This document shows positions 18,211 through 28,304 of a stretch of 64,000 nucleotides of DNA, piece by piece; position 1 is the stretch's first letter, and every line of letters begins with the position of its first letter. Below the pieces are notes generated by a model. That model saw nothing but the letters and a program-made list of their open reading frames with translations. It had not been told where the DNA came from and did not search any database. The stretch covers positions 928,001 to 992,000 of the forward strand of contig OZ252299.1 of the NCBI GenBank assembly GCA_965250285.1. Direction: 5' to 3'. The position numbers and the translations under genes are program-made. This stretch comes from Myxococcota bacterium (GTDB taxonomy: Bacteria; Myxococcota_A; UBA9160; UBA4427).

Positions 18211-20508
18211 TCAACGATGCAGGTCGTCGGGCCGAATCGGCGCCTCGGGCGCGGCGAAGGCGCGCCGCAGCACGAAGTATTCGTTGAAGGGGCGGTCATC
18301 GGTGATGACCGGGCCCTCTTCGTCTTCGAGCAGCATCGAGAGCGGCAGCTCCCGACTCAGGATCTGCGCGTCGATGAAGCGCGCCGGGTCGGCGCCGCGC
18401 GGCGCCCACTCCATCAGGTCGGCGATCGCACTCGCCGGCATGCGCTCGATGAACGCATCGGGCTCGGGGATCTCGATCGGTTCGTCGCTGCAGACGATGT
18501 GCAGGCCGAACCCGTGGTGCGACTGGAAGATGCGCACGTGCTCGAACGATGCGACCGCGCTGCGCAGCACGGCCCGGCGAATGTCGGGCTCGACGAGGAT
18601 GCCGTCGGGGAACCAGTGATGGACGATGCCGCCGGGCGCGAGCCTCCGCTTTGCGAGGGCGTGGAACTCGGTGGCGTAGAGCAGGCTCGAGCCGGCGGTT
18701 TCGACGGGGGGCGGTGGGTCGATCGTGATGACGTCGAAGCGCTCGTCGGTGCGGGCCAGAAATCGCCGCCCATCGTCGACGACGATCTCGCCGCGCGGGT
18801 GGGCCACGACGTCGGCGGCATCGTCGTGGTAGTAGGGAAAGGCCTCGACCACGCTCGGGACCAGCTCGACCGCCGTCGCGTCGATGTCCCATGAGAGCAG
18901 CGACCGGAACGTCGTCCCCATCCCGAAGGCGATCACGAGGGCGCGTTCGGGCGGGTGATCGAGCAGACCGAGTGGAAAGTGCGCCATCACCTTGGTGAGC
19001 GTCGTGAGTACGGTCATTCCGTAGCCGTTCACGAGCAAGTGACGCTGCTTGCCCTCGCCGTACGAGATGACGGTCGCCGTGTGATCCCGCAGCACGACGG
19101 CGTCGCGGATATGGCTGCCCTCTTCGAAGCTCCGGCCGCGCACGCCGGTCTGCACGAAGCCGACGATCGTCACGAGGGCGACCGCGACCGCGACCCCGCG
19201 CGACACGGCGCGCGTCGTGCGCATCGCGTGCAGCGCGAACAGCGCGAGGAAGGGCAGGGCGAGCACCCACATCGAGATGCGGGCGCCGAAGAGTGGGAGC
19301 AGCACGTAGGCGGCGACGAGGGGGCCGAGGATCGAGCCCGTGATGTTGATCGCGTACGCCCGCCCGGCGCGTTCGGGCTCGCCGTGCGAGCGGTGGTCGA
19401 CGAGCATCGGTGTGAGGTAGCCGAGCAGCGCGCAGAACGGGGCGATCGACGCCAGCGCGAGCGGCACCGTGGCGATCCAGATCGGCGGCGCCTCGACGAT
19501 GCGGCCCGCGATCGCCAGCAGACCGCGGGCACCGGTGGCGAGCAGCTCGGGGATCGCGACGACGATCGGCAGCATCAGCGTGATTGGCGCGAGCACCAGC
19601 AACGGACGTACGGGGCGCACCCGGCCGCGCGCGCGGTGTCGGCGATAGAGCGCCGAGCCTGCGAAGGTCGACAGCAGATACACGGCGAGCAGCCCCGAGA
19701 ACGCGTAGACGAGCGTGCCCAGCACCGGTGTGAAGGCGCGCATCCACACGATCTCGAGCGCCATCGAGACGAAGCCGGTGGTGAACAGCACGATCTCGGT
19801 CTCGCGCGGGCCGATGTCGGTGGGGAAGAGCGTCGACGGAGTGGCGGGCTCGGGGGTCGGCGCGGGGCGCGGCTGCCACGTGCCGCGGCGCGCGGTGACG
19901 ATGCACGCTGCGGCGACGGCGAAGTTCAGCGCCGCGGCGACATAGAGGCTCGCGCGAAAACCGAGCAGCTCGATCAGCACGAGCGGCGTCGCGATCGCAC
20001 CGATGAACGCGCCGATCACGTTGGCCAGGTAGAGGAAGCTGAAGCTGCCGCCCGGATCGGGCTCCTCACGTTCGATGAAGCTCATCATCGCCGGGAACGT
20101 GAGGCCCATCGCAATGCAGAACGGCAGGATCATCACGCTGATCAGCACCGACGAGATCAGCAGGTAGCCGCTCTCCTGCATGCCGCCGAGCGGCAGCAGC
20201 GCGGCGCGGGCCAGGCCGAAGAGCGGGGGCAGCACGAAGGCCGAAGAGCCGATCGCGGCCTCGACCCAGCCGTAGAGCTCGAGCGGCGAGCGTCCGATCC
20301 GATCGGCGAAGGCCTGGGTGTGGCGCCCCCCGAACCAGGTGCCGATGGCGAGGCCGAGCATGAAGACCGACACGACGACCGACGCGAAGGGCGTGATCAC
20401 GCCGAACGCGGCGAGCGCGGCGCGCACCCACACGATCTGATCGACGAGGCCCGCGAAGCCCGAGAGCAGAAAACAGGTGAAGAGGAGGCGTCGGATCCGG
20501 GGGCTCAA
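18211..20508 (-). CDS. Fused multi-TM/spermidine synthase-like protein
   Basis: About 13 TM helices (SGFAGLVDQIVW, LYLANVIGA) followed by a SAM-fold domain (VELVPSV, DDGRRFL, DVITIDPPPP). Confidence 0.85.
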   Translation of the reverse strand: MSPRIRRLLFTCFLLSGFAGLVDQIVWVRAALAAFGVITPFASVVVSVFMLGLAIGTWFGGRHTQAFADRIGRSPLELYGWVEAAIGSSAFVLPPLFGLARAALLPLGGMQESGYLLISSVLISVMILPFCIAMGLTFPAMMSFIEREEPDPGGSFSFLYLANVIGAFIGAIATPLVLIELLGFRASLYVAAALNFAVAAACIVTARRGTWQPRPAPTPEPATPSTLFPTDIGPRETEIVLFTTGFVSMALEIVWMRAFTPVLGTLVYAFSGLLAVYLLSTFAGSALYRRHRARGRVRPVRPLLVLAPITLMLPIVVAIPELLATGARGLLAIAGRIVEAPPIWIATVPLALASIAPFCALLGYLTPMLVDHRSHGEPERAGRAYAINITGSILGPLVAAYVLLPLFGARISMWVLALPFLALFALHAMRTTRAVSRGVAVAVALVTIVGFVQTGVRGRSFEEGSHIRDAVVLRDHTATVISYGEGKQRHLLVNGYGMTVLTTLTKVMAHFPLGLLDHPPERALVIAFGMGTTFRSLLSWDIDATAVELVPSVVEAFPYYHDDAADVVAHPRGEIVVDDGRRFLARTDERFDVITIDPPPPVETAGSSLLYATEFHALAKRRLAPGGIVHHWFPDGILVEPDIRRAVLRSAVASFEHVRIFQSHHGFGLHIVCSDEPIEIPEPDAFIERMPASAIADLMEWAPRGADPARFIDAQILSRELPLSMLLEDEEGPVITDDRPFNEYFVLRRAFAAPEAPIRPDDLHR

Positions 20509-20709
20509 CGCGCGCGGCTTCCTTGCTCATCGAGAGGCCGTGTGGCCCGCGCGGGCGGATACGCGGGCGACGATCGGCTCCGGACCGAATGCGCGCATCG
20601 TATCAATCGGGGCCTGCCCGTGGCGAGCGAAAAACGGGGGCACGACGCTTAGGCTGCGCATGCGCTGCACAGGGCCCCCAGCGCCCGCGGCGGGCTCGGG
20701 CAGAGAGGG

Positions 20710-21933
20710 GTGATATCGGCGATGGTCGGCGACGCTTCGGCATGGCACGCTCCCGGGGTGCTCGACGTCCTTCGCATCGCAGGCGCACTCGCGCCCCTGG
20801 CGGTCGGTCGCCTCCTCGACGACACGGTGGTGCGCCCCCTGGCGCGCGACGGTGTGCCCGCGACCGTCGACGATCTCACGCCCAAGCTCGTGACGGCGTT
20901 GTTGAGAGACGCCGGTCACGACGTGCAGGTGCGCCGCATCGAGATGCTCGACCGGCATGCGGGCACGACGAGTCGGGCGCGCTTGCAGCTGCAAGACGTC
21001 GACGGTCCGGGCGCGGCCTCGCTGCCCGAGACGCTCTTCGCGAAGCTCGCACCGACCGATTGGCCGACGCGCCTGTTCGTGAACCTGATGGATCTTGCGC
21101 CGAACGAGGTGCGCTTCTATTCGCAGCTGCGCGACACCGTGGCGCCGCACCTCGATGTGCCGGCGTATCACGGGGGGCGCATGGCCGGGCCCGGCGGACG
21201 TTTCGTGCTGCTGCTCGAAGATCTCGCGACCGATGCCGGCGTCGAGTTTCGCGAGAGCAAACCGCTCTCACCCGCCGAGGCGAAGCCTGTCGTCGAGGCG
21301 CTCGCGGGCATGCAAGCCGCGCTCTGGAGGAGCACACGCTTCAGCGGAGATCTCGGCTGGTTGAAGCAGCCGGGCCACGCGCCGCGGCGCGCGGTCGAGA
21401 AGAGCGTGTCGGCGCTCTCGACCCGGCCTTGTCTCGATCGATTCGGCGACATGATGCCCGACGACATGAAACGCGCCGTGCACCTGGTCGCCGACGAACG
21501 CGATCGACTCGAGGCCATCTGGGGCCGCGATGCGTGGGCGTTCTCGCACGGTGATCCCCATCCCGGCAACTTCTACTTTCGGGCCGGTCGCCCGGGTTTC
21601 TTCGATTGGCAGGTCTGCCAGGTCGCGCAGGGCACGCGCGATCTCACGTACTTCCTCGTCACGTCGGTCGACCGCGACCGCCTGCCCGAAGCCGAGCGCG
21701 ACCTCGTGGGTGCCTACCGCGATGCCCTGGTGCGCGCCGGCGTCGATGCGCGGCCGCTCGACGATCTGCTCGAAGAGGTGCGCCTGCACGTGCTCTACGT
21801 GCTCATTGCGGTCGTCGTGACCGCGGCCTCGTCGACGATGCAGGGCGACTCGATCGTGCGCGCGGCCATGGAGAACGTGAAGGCGGCGCTGTTGCGGCAC
21901 GATTCGCTGTCGGCGTGGGAGCGCGCCCGCTGA
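20710..21933 (+). CDS. APH/ecdysteroid-kinase-like phosphotransferase
   Basis: EVRFY, LLLEDL, HGDPHPGN, DWQ, DLTYFL; exact start uncertain. Confidence 0.85.
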   Translation: MISAMVGDASAWHAPGVLDVLRIAGALAPLAVGRLLDDTVVRPLARDGVPATVDDLTPKLVTALLRDAGHDVQVRRIEMLDRHAGTTSRARLQLQDVDGPGAASLPETLFAKLAPTDWPTRLFVNLMDLAPNEVRFYSQLRDTVAPHLDVPAYHGGRMAGPGGRFVLLLEDLATDAGVEFRESKPLSPAEAKPVVEALAGMQAALWRSTRFSGDLGWLKQPGHAPRRAVEKSVSALSTRPCLDRFGDMMPDDMKRAVHLVADERDRLEAIWGRDAWAFSHGDPHPGNFYFRAGRPGFFDWQVCQVAQGTRDLTYFLVTSVDRDRLPEAERDLVGAYRDALVRAGVDARPLDDLLEEVRLHVLYVLIAVVVTAASSTMQGDSIVRAAMENVKAALLRHDSLSAWERAR

Positions 21934-21996
21934 GCGCCCCGTCTCGCCGGGCTGCTACGCTCGACGCGACGCCTCGTCCCCCATTTCGGAGCACCC

Positions 21997-22650
21997 ATGT
22001 CCCGCTCGTTCGACGCCGTTCTCCTCGACTTCGGCGGCGTGTTCACCGCCTCGCCGTTCGGTGCCATCGAGCGCGCCGAGGCCGATCACGGTGCGTCGCC
22101 CGGTCAACTGCGCGAGATCATTTTCGGTGCCTACGACCGCGATTCCGACCATCCGTGGCATCGACTCGAGCGGGGTGAGGCGACGCTCGGCGATGCGCGC
22201 ACCGAGATCATCGAGCTGGGTCGCCAAGCGGGGTTCGACATCGATCCGATTCGCCTGCTCGTCGAGGGGATGGGCGCACACGAGCCTCGTGAGGATCTGA
22301 TCGACCTCGTGATTCGCATCCGCAAGAGCGGCGTGCGCACGGCACTGGTCACCAACAACGTGCGTGAGTTCGGCGACGGCTGGCGCAAGATGGTGCCGGT
22401 CGACGCCCTGTTCGACGAAGTGATCGACAGCTCGGCCGAGGGCTGCCGCAAGCCCGATCCGAAGATCTTCGAGCTGGCGCTCGACCGTGTCGGCGGCGTA
22501 GAAGCCGCCCGGTCGGTGTTTCTGGACGACTTCCATGGAAATATCGACGCGGCCCGTGCGCTCGGCATCGAATCCATACTGGTCGAGGTTGATCACCGTC
22601 CGGCGGTGCGAACCCTCGAGCGACTGATCATCGACTCCGGCGGTGCCTGA
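21997..22650 (+). CDS. HAD family phosphatase
   Basis: DFGGVF motif I, VTNN, RKPDPKIF, FLDD. Confidence 0.9.
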   Translation: MSRSFDAVLLDFGGVFTASPFGAIERAEADHGASPGQLREIIFGAYDRDSDHPWHRLERGEATLGDARTEIIELGRQAGFDIDPIRLLVEGMGAHEPREDLIDLVIRIRKSGVRTALVTNNVREFGDGWRKMVPVDALFDEVIDSSAEGCRKPDPKIFELALDRVGGVEAARSVFLDDFHGNIDAARALGIESILVEVDHRPAVRTLERLIIDSGGA

Positions 22651-22714
22651 GCGCTGGGCAGCCCGTGGCGCTTGCTCCATGCTCTGAATGCCCCCACCGG
22701 GAGGAGGTCCCATC

Positions 22715-23317
22715 ATGAACCGAAACTCGATTCGATCCACGGCCCTGCGCATGCTCACCGGTGCGTCGGCCGTGGGGCTCGCGCTCGTCATGTCGGGCTG
22801 CGCGTCGATCAAGGTCAACACCGACTGGAATCCCGAGTACGATTTTGCGCGGCTCCAGACCTGGCGCTGGGCCGACGATTCGCAGCGCGAAACGGGCAAC
22901 ACGGCGATCGACACCGATGACTTGCTGGCCCGCCGCGTTCGCACCGCGGTCACGCAGGTGCTGACGGGCAAGGGCTACACCGAGACGACCACCAGCCAGG
23001 GTGACTTCGAGGTGGCCTGGTTCTTGACGGTCGAGCCCAAGACCAAGGTCACGACCGTGAACGACTATCACGGTTACGGCGGGCCGTATCGCGGTTGGTA
23101 CGGCGCCGGCTACGGCGGCTCGACCACCGTCGTCGACTCGTACAACCAGGGCACCCTGATCATCGACATCAAGGACGGCAAGACCGGTGAGCTCGTCTGG
23201 CGTGGTTCTGCGACGGCGCGGCTGCGCGAGAAGGCCGATCCCGAGAAGGCGCAGCAGCGCGCCTTCGACGCGGTGGCCGAGATTCTCGCGAAGTTCCCGC
23301 CGCCGTCGAAGGGCTAG
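22715..23317 (+). CDS. DUF4136 lipoprotein
   Basis: Lipobox MSGC, Gly/Tyr-rich loop, GTLIIDIKD...LVWRGSA, FPP end; SD GGAGG before ATG 22715. Confidence 0.85.
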   Translation: MNRNSIRSTALRMLTGASAVGLALVMSGCASIKVNTDWNPEYDFARLQTWRWADDSQRETGNTAIDTDDLLARRVRTAVTQVLTGKGYTETTTSQGDFEVAWFLTVEPKTKVTTVNDYHGYGGPYRGWYGAGYGGSTTVVDSYNQGTLIIDIKDGKTGELVWRGSATARLREKADPEKAQQRAFDAVAEILAKFPPPSKG

Positions 23318-23331
23318 GGGCGGGGCACCCG

Positions 23332-23991
23332 ATGGGCGACGAGAGCGATCGGATCAAGCAGGACGTCATCGATACGGCCCGCGCGCTGCTGCACGAGGGG
23401 CTCGTCGAGGGCACCGCCGGCAACCTCTCGGCCCGCCTGCCGAACGGGCACGTCGTGATGACGCCTTCCTCCCTCGACTACGAGGTGATGGAGGTGCCCG
23501 ATCTCATCGTGCTCGACCTCGACGCCAACGTGATCGAGGGCGATCGACCCCCGACGAGCGAGAAGGCGCTGCACCTCGAGTGCTTGAAACGCCACCCGGA
23601 CATCGGCGCGGTGATTCACAGCCATGCGATGTTCTCGACGATGTTCGCGATCACGCATCAACCGATCCCGTGCGTCATCGAGGAGTTCGATGTCTACGTC
23701 GGCGGCGATGTGCCGGTGACCGACTACGAGATGACGGGCTCGGACGAGCTCGGGCTCGAGGTGGCGAAGTGGGTGGGCGATCGCGGCGCCGTCCTCATGG
23801 CCAATCATGGCCTGCTGACCGTCGGCAAGGACATCCGCAACGCGCACAAGGTCGCGGCGCTCGTCGAGCGCACCGCCCAGATCATCTGGGGGGCGCGCCA
23901 ACTCGGTGAGCTCGTGCCGCTGCCCGACGAGACGCGCCGACGCTTCGCGCCGGTCTACAAGCTGATGGGTCGCAACAAAGTCGACGACTGA
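23332..23991 (+). CDS. Class II aldolase/adducin family protein (FucA-like)
   Basis: GTAGNLS, TPS, PTSE, HSH and NHG zinc ligands. Confidence 0.9.
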   Translation: MGDESDRIKQDVIDTARALLHEGLVEGTAGNLSARLPNGHVVMTPSSLDYEVMEVPDLIVLDLDANVIEGDRPPTSEKALHLECLKRHPDIGAVIHSHAMFSTMFAITHQPIPCVIEEFDVYVGGDVPVTDYEMTGSDELGLEVAKWVGDRGAVLMANHGLLTVGKDIRNAHKVAALVERTAQIIWGARQLGELVPLPDETRRRFAPVYKLMGRNKVDD

Positions 23992-24003
23992 ACGCGGCGC
24001 CCG

Positions 24004-24774
24004 TCAGCGCTCGTCGAGCGGGGCCTCGGGCTGCACTTCGATCGTGTCGAGCACGACGCCCGGCGGCGTGGTCACCGCGAGCTTGACCGCGCGAGCCACG
24101 GCCTCCGCCGGCATGAAGGCCGCATGGCGCTGCAGGCCGTAGCGCGGCCAGTACGACATCAGATCGGTGATCTTCTCTGCACCCCACGTCGCGGCGTACT
24201 CGCTCGCGGCGGGGCCCGGCCGCACGATGGTCGACCGCACGCCGGTGCCTTCGAGCTCCATCGAGAGGGCGCGGGCGTAGCCTTCGAGGCCCTTCTTCGT
24301 CGCGGTGTATGTGCTCTGCTGGGGCCGCGCGTGGACGGCGGCGTCGGACGTGACGAACACGAGGTCGCCCCGGCGCTTCTCGATCATGCCGGGGATCGCG
24401 CGGCGCGCGACGTACATCGGCCCGAGCAGATTGACGGCCACCTCATAGGCCATGTCTTCGGTGGCGAGCTGCCAGGCGTGGCCCGGATATGAGAGGCCTG
24501 CGTTGTTCACGACGACGTCGACGGGGCCGAAGGTCGACTCGATCTCATCGAAGAAGACGTCGACCGAGGTGGCATCGGCGACGTCGAGCGCCGCGAGCGC
24601 GGCCGTGCCGCCGACCTCTTCGACCCGCTTTGCCGTATCGGCCAGCCGCTCGACCCGCCGCGCGCCGATCGCGACCTTCCAGCCGAGCTCACCGAGCGCG
24701 ACGGCCATGGCGACGCCCAGCCCCGAGCTGGCGCCGGTGACGACAGCGACGCGCGGTTCGGGGGCGTCGCTCAT
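24004..24774 (-). CDS. SDR family oxidoreductase
   Basis: TGASSGLG, NNAG, YTATK, VRPGP. Confidence 0.9.
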   Translation of the reverse strand: MSDAPEPRVAVVTGASSGLGVAMAVALGELGWKVAIGARRVERLADTAKRVEEVGGTAALAALDVADATSVDVFFDEIESTFGPVDVVVNNAGLSYPGHAWQLATEDMAYEVAVNLLGPMYVARRAIPGMIEKRRGDLVFVTSDAAVHARPQQSTYTATKKGLEGYARALSMELEGTGVRSTIVRPGPAASEYAATWGAEKITDLMSYWPRYGLQRHAAFMPAEAVARAVKLAVTTPPGVVLDTIEVQPEAPLDER

Positions 24775-24799
24775 CCGCGCGTGCTCGCGGCCGCCGGGG

Positions 24800-26290
24800 T
24801 CACGCGGCCTCTCCGAAGAGCGCGACCATCTCGCTGCGGTCGGGGCCGAGCTTCTTCCGCTCGCGCTGATCGCGGGCGTTCCAGACTGCGAGCACGCGCG
24901 CAAAGAGGTCGGGGTTCTTCATTAGATCGGTCGGCGCCGTCAGCAGATTGAAGACGCGCATGAAGGCCCGCAGCACGACGATGTCTTCGTCGAGTGCGGG
25001 CACGAGCCCGTCGCGCATCACGCTGCGCATGTAGGCCTTCGGGTCGATGGTGCCGTCTTCGCGCTGGAACGCGAAGGGGTCGGTCCCGGTGTCTTCGGCC
25101 TCAGCGAGCTCGGCCGTGGCGCGATCCTGATCGCGCAGCGCGCGCCAGGCCGGCACGATCTCGTGGGTGATCGCCTCGTCGAGCGTGCGCGCGAAGGCGA
25201 GGGCGTCGCCTTCGGCCTCGTTCCAGGCGTCGGCGAGCAGGTACGCCGAGACCCAGCCGATCGTGCAGCCTCGGCCGGCGAGCGGGTTGGCGTGCAGCAT
25301 CGCGTCGCCGATCGGAAAGAGTCCGAGGGCACGGGGCTCACCCTCTTCGACGAAGTGGCGACGGGTGTTCTTGAGGTTCGCGTACACGTACACGTCGCTG
25401 ACCGGCTCGGACACGTCGGCGTCGAGCCACGCAGCGGCGCTCGGCAGGTTCGACGCGACGGTGTGGAAGACGTCGGCGTCGCGCACCCGCCGCATGTCGT
25501 CGTCCTTGGGCGATGCGGCGAGCGTCACCGAGAAGATGTCGCTGTCGCCCTGGAAGACGGCGTACTTCATGTAGCCGAGGTCGCCGGCGATCGGGCCGCC
25601 CTGGGGCGGCCGCTCGGCCCCCTCTTTGATGCGATAGAAGCGCGAGCAGTAGAAGATGCCGCAGGGCTCGGTCTCTTCGTTCATCGGCGGCGCATCGATG
25701 TCGGCGAGCCAGTGCTTGAGGCGGCTGTTGCGACCGGTTGCGTCGATGACGAGGTCGGCCTCGATCAGCTCGCCGCCCGCATCGTCGTCGAGTCGGACGC
25801 CCGTGACGCGCAGGCGGCCGTCGTCGTTGCGATGGGCCTCGAGGCCACTCACCTTGACGCCGGTGCGGTGATCGAGGCCGTCGAGGTCGGCGACGTAGCG
25901 GCGCAGCACCCAGTCGAACGTCAGCCGTCGACACGCGAGCAGCGTGATCTCATCGTCTTCGGGCAACAGGGCGTCCTCACCGAACCGCTCACGCGCGATG
26001 TCGGTGAAGCGCATCGCCTCGGCCCCGTGCTCCATCAACGAGGCATAGAGATCGGGGACGCGCTCGGCGATCAGGTTGTGCAGTCGGGCCAGGAACGCGT
26101 GCGAGTGCCGCACCTGAGGCGCGCCGCGTCGATCCCACTGTTCGAAGGCCTCGAGGGGGGTGGCGCACTCGGGGAGGGTCTCGGCTTCGAGTACGGTGAC
26201 GCGCCGGCCGGGGCGCTGCAGGGCAACCGCCGCGGCGAGGCCGGTCATGCCGCCGCCGACGATCAAGACGTGGTCATGTGCGGGGTCCAG
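24800..26290 (-). CDS. FAD-dependent oxidoreductase/monooxygenase
   Basis: VLIVGGGMTGLAAA, RRGAPQVRHSH, DLVIDATGR, IGDA...NPLAGRG; probable CTG start at 26290 after GAGGAG. Confidence 0.8.
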   Translation of the reverse strand: MDPAHDHVLIVGGGMTGLAAAVALQRPGRRVTVLEAETLPECATPLEAFEQWDRRGAPQVRHSHAFLARLHNLIAERVPDLYASLMEHGAEAMRFTDIARERFGEDALLPEDDEITLLACRRLTFDWVLRRYVADLDGLDHRTGVKVSGLEAHRNDDGRLRVTGVRLDDDAGGELIEADLVIDATGRNSRLKHWLADIDAPPMNEETEPCGIFYCSRFYRIKEGAERPPQGGPIAGDLGYMKYAVFQGDSDIFSVTLAASPKDDDMRRVRDADVFHTVASNLPSAAAWLDADVSEPVSDVYVYANLKNTRRHFVEEGEPRALGLFPIGDAMLHANPLAGRGCTIGWVSAYLLADAWNEAEGDALAFARTLDEAITHEIVPAWRALRDQDRATAELAEAEDTGTDPFAFQREDGTIDPKAYMRSVMRDGLVPALDEDIVVLRAFMRVFNLLTAPTDLMKNPDLFARVLAVWNARDQRERKKLGPDRSEMVALFGEAA

Positions 26291-26393
26291 CGGGTCGCTC
26301 CTCGGTTCGTTTCGGCTGGGGCGCGGCGACCAGCAGGGTACCGCGCGGCGCGCTCGGCGAGCAAGCTGGACAAGGGGCGATACGATTCGCGAC

Positions 26394-27125
26394 ATGCCGG
26401 TGCGTGAAGGACATGTGCGTCTCGATGCGTTTCTCGCGCGGGCGGGTCTCGGGACGCGGCGCGCCGTGAAAGCACTGATTCGTTCCGGTCGTGTCCAGAT
26501 CGGCGGCGCGCCGTGTCGCAAGCCCGGCGAGTGGGTCGACGGGCGCGTCGTCCAGATCGACGACGAGGTGATCGAGCCACCGCCTTCGCTGCTGCATCTC
26601 GCCATGCACAAGCCGCTCGGCTTCGCGTGCAGCCGAGACGAGCGCGAGGCGCCGCTGCTCTTCGACCTCGTGCCCGAGCCGTGGCAGGGGCTCGACCTGA
26701 AGCTCGCGGGTCGCCTCGACCGCGAGACGTCGGGGCTCATCGTGCTCAGCACCGAAGGCGAGTGGATCCACCGGCTGACGCATCCCTCGAAGAAGGTCGC
26801 GAAGCGCTACCGCATCGAGCACGAGGGCGCGCTCGTGGCCGATGCCGTCGCGCGCTGCGAAGCCGGCATCTTGCTCGAAGGCGAGGATGCGCCGACGAAG
26901 CCGGCTCGGCTCGTCGTCGAAGCACCGGGGCGAGCCACCTTGATGCTGCGCGAAGGACGACGACATCAGGTGCGCCGCATGATCGCCGCGCTCGGCGGCC
27001 ACGTCGTCGACCTGCATCGCGACCGGATCGGCGACTACGACCTGCCGGAAGATCTCGAGCCGGGTGCGTGTCGCGCGCTCGATGACGATGATCTGGCGCG
27101 TTTGACGACCGACAGCAGCTTGTAG
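26394..27125 (+). CDS. rsuA: 16S rRNA pseudouridine synthase, RsuA family
   Basis: S4 domain (RLDAFLA), HKPLG, AGRLDRETSGL, EGRRHQVRRM, LHRDRIG. Confidence 0.9.
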   Translation: MPVREGHVRLDAFLARAGLGTRRAVKALIRSGRVQIGGAPCRKPGEWVDGRVVQIDDEVIEPPPSLLHLAMHKPLGFACSRDEREAPLLFDLVPEPWQGLDLKLAGRLDRETSGLIVLSTEGEWIHRLTHPSKKVAKRYRIEHEGALVADAVARCEAGILLEGEDAPTKPARLVVEAPGRATLMLREGRRHQVRRMIAALGGHVVDLHRDRIGDYDLPEDLEPGACRALDDDDLARLTTDSSL

Positions 27126-28156
27126 CCGTGCGCGTGTGCGACCGGAACGACGTCGCCCCAGGCGCGCAGGTCGCGCTCGTAGGGCAGCGTCGTGTTCGCG
27201 ACGACGAGCGCGCGGCCGCCGGGCCGAAGCGCGGCCCGCAGGGTCTCGAAGAATCGGCGCGCGGGGGCGAGATCGACCGACTTGCCGGTATGGAAGGGCG
27301 GGTTCGAGACTGCGAGCTCGAAGCCCGATTCGCCGAGCGGCTCGCTCGCGTCGCGCCACCGCACGTCGACGCGATCGGTGCACTCGAGGAGCAGCGCATT
27401 CTCGCGGGCGCTCGACACCGCGCGCCAGTCGCCGTCGATCAACGTCGCCGACGCGCCTGACCAGTGAAGCAGGGCGCCCAGGCCGAGTGGCCCCGCACCG
27501 CAGGCGAGGTCGAGCACGCGCGCGGGCTGCGGCAGATCGACCAGGTGGTCGAGCAGCAGGGCGCTGCCGGGGTCGAGTCGGTTCGCGCTGAACGTTCCGG
27601 GGAGCGTCAGCAGCGCGTGGGCCGAGCCGGCGATGGGCGGCAGGTGGATGGGGGTCGGCACGGGACGGATCGGCCCCGGCGTGTCGGTGCGCTCGAAGCA
27701 GGCGACGCGCGAGCGGGCGCGATTCGTGAGCAGCCGCGGCGTCTGGCCGAGCTCTTCGGCGAGGCGCTTCACGGCGCTCGTGATGCCGAGGGGGTTGCCG
27801 CCTTCGAGCAGCAGCCGGCCGCCGGGCTCGAGCAGACGCCAGGCTTCGGCGAGGTCGGCCCACGTGCCGGCGCGGCCCTTCTGGAGGTGTACGACGCACT
27901 GGCCGAAACAGCCGGATTCGAGCGCCGCGCTCTCGGGCGCGACGGCGCGCACGTCGCTCGTCGAGGCCGGCGCCACACCGACCTCGAGCGCACCAAACGA
28001 AGCCGCTTCCGCCCGAAGGAAGTCGTGGCGCCAGGGCAGAATGGCGATACCGCCGACGGCTTCGACGGCATCGAACGCTCCGAACTCGCAGACCGGCGTG
28101 TCGTCGAGCACGCCGGTGTCGAGGACGAGCGGCTTCTTGGGCTTGCGATCGGCCAA
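27035..28156 (-). CDS. Class I SAM methyltransferase, RsmC-like
   Basis: PGTFSANRLDPGS, LDLACGAG, SNPPFH, VVAN. Confidence 0.85.
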   Translation of the reverse strand: MADRKPKKPLVLDTGVLDDTPVCEFGAFDAVEAVGGIAILPWRHDFLRAEAASFGALEVGVAPASTSDVRAVAPESAALESGCFGQCVVHLQKGRAGTWADLAEAWRLLEPGGRLLLEGGNPLGITSAVKRLAEELGQTPRLLTNRARSRVACFERTDTPGPIRPVPTPIHLPPIAGSAHALLTLPGTFSANRLDPGSALLLDHLVDLPQPARVLDLACGAGPLGLGALLHWSGASATLIDGDWRAVSSARENALLLECTDRVDVRWRDASEPLGESGFELAVSNPPFHTGKSVDLAPARRFFETLRAALRPGGRALVVANTTLPYERDLRAWGDVVPVAHAHGYKLLSVVKRARSSSSSARHAPGSRSSGRS

Positions 28157-28304
28157 GGGATCTCCGTCGAAGGGGATGTCCAGATTCGAGCACGGACGGT
28201 ACCGCGAAGCCGTGCACGCCGATGCCCCACCTCGGAGAGCCCGTTACCTTGTCATGCCACCGACGGTGCGATGAGCGCCGCGTCTGCCCGCGAGAGGATC
28301 CCCC

